From assembly GCA_963840035.1 (NCBI GenBank), contig CAWIXE010000001.1:96001-160000 (forward strand): a DNA stretch of 64,000 nt. Direction: 5' to 3'. Source of the DNA: a candidate division FCPU426 bacterium (GTDB lineage Bacteria > Oederibacteriota > PGYV01 > Palsa-1178). Position 1 is the stretch's first letter; the number at the start of each line of letters is the position of its first letter. The position numbers were made by a program, and so were the translations under genes. Shown one piece after another: positions 63,992 to 64,000 of this stretch. A model generated the notes under the pieces. It had not been told where the DNA came from. It ran no database searches and saw only the letters and a program-made list of their open reading frames with translations.

Positions 63992-64000
63992 AAAGCCTCC

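Overview
Chromosomal window from a diderm bacterium, with no rRNA, tRNA, CRISPR array, integrase or transposase recognisable. PorV-like barrels plus Thr/Pro-linker proteins ending in FlgD-Ig/T9SS-like C-terminal domains suggest a Goldbacteria/Firestonebacteria-like lineage, which is inference only. The core genes are glgP, mfd, the ftsK-lolA-rodZ-yajQ-rimO-pgsA-pgpA cluster, a phosphohexomutase, pcm, a PAS kinase/NtrC pair, a TipA-like MerR, a GH5, a DEAD-box helicase and a class III cyclase. Five things stand out. (1) An ECF sigma/anti-sigma pair whose anti-sigma ends in the same FlgD-Ig-like domain as the secreted cargo. It is followed by two tandem [PorV-like barrel + cargo] units, with a shared GGAACT-N17-G(T/A)C promoter before the sigma gene and both cargo genes. 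(2) Repeated integrase-free insertion of accessory surface-protein genes into the 3' ends of coding genes, leaving displaced, synonymously diverged 3'-end remnants (two behind the 10237 gene, one of ftsK, possibly one of a lipoprotein). (3) A stand-alone 12-codon MAKKKAAKKKKK gene with its own promoter, RBS and terminator. (4) A candidate ~60-nt structured RNA. (5) At least four families of palindromic intergenic repeats. All family calls come from motif recognition by eye, not database searches.
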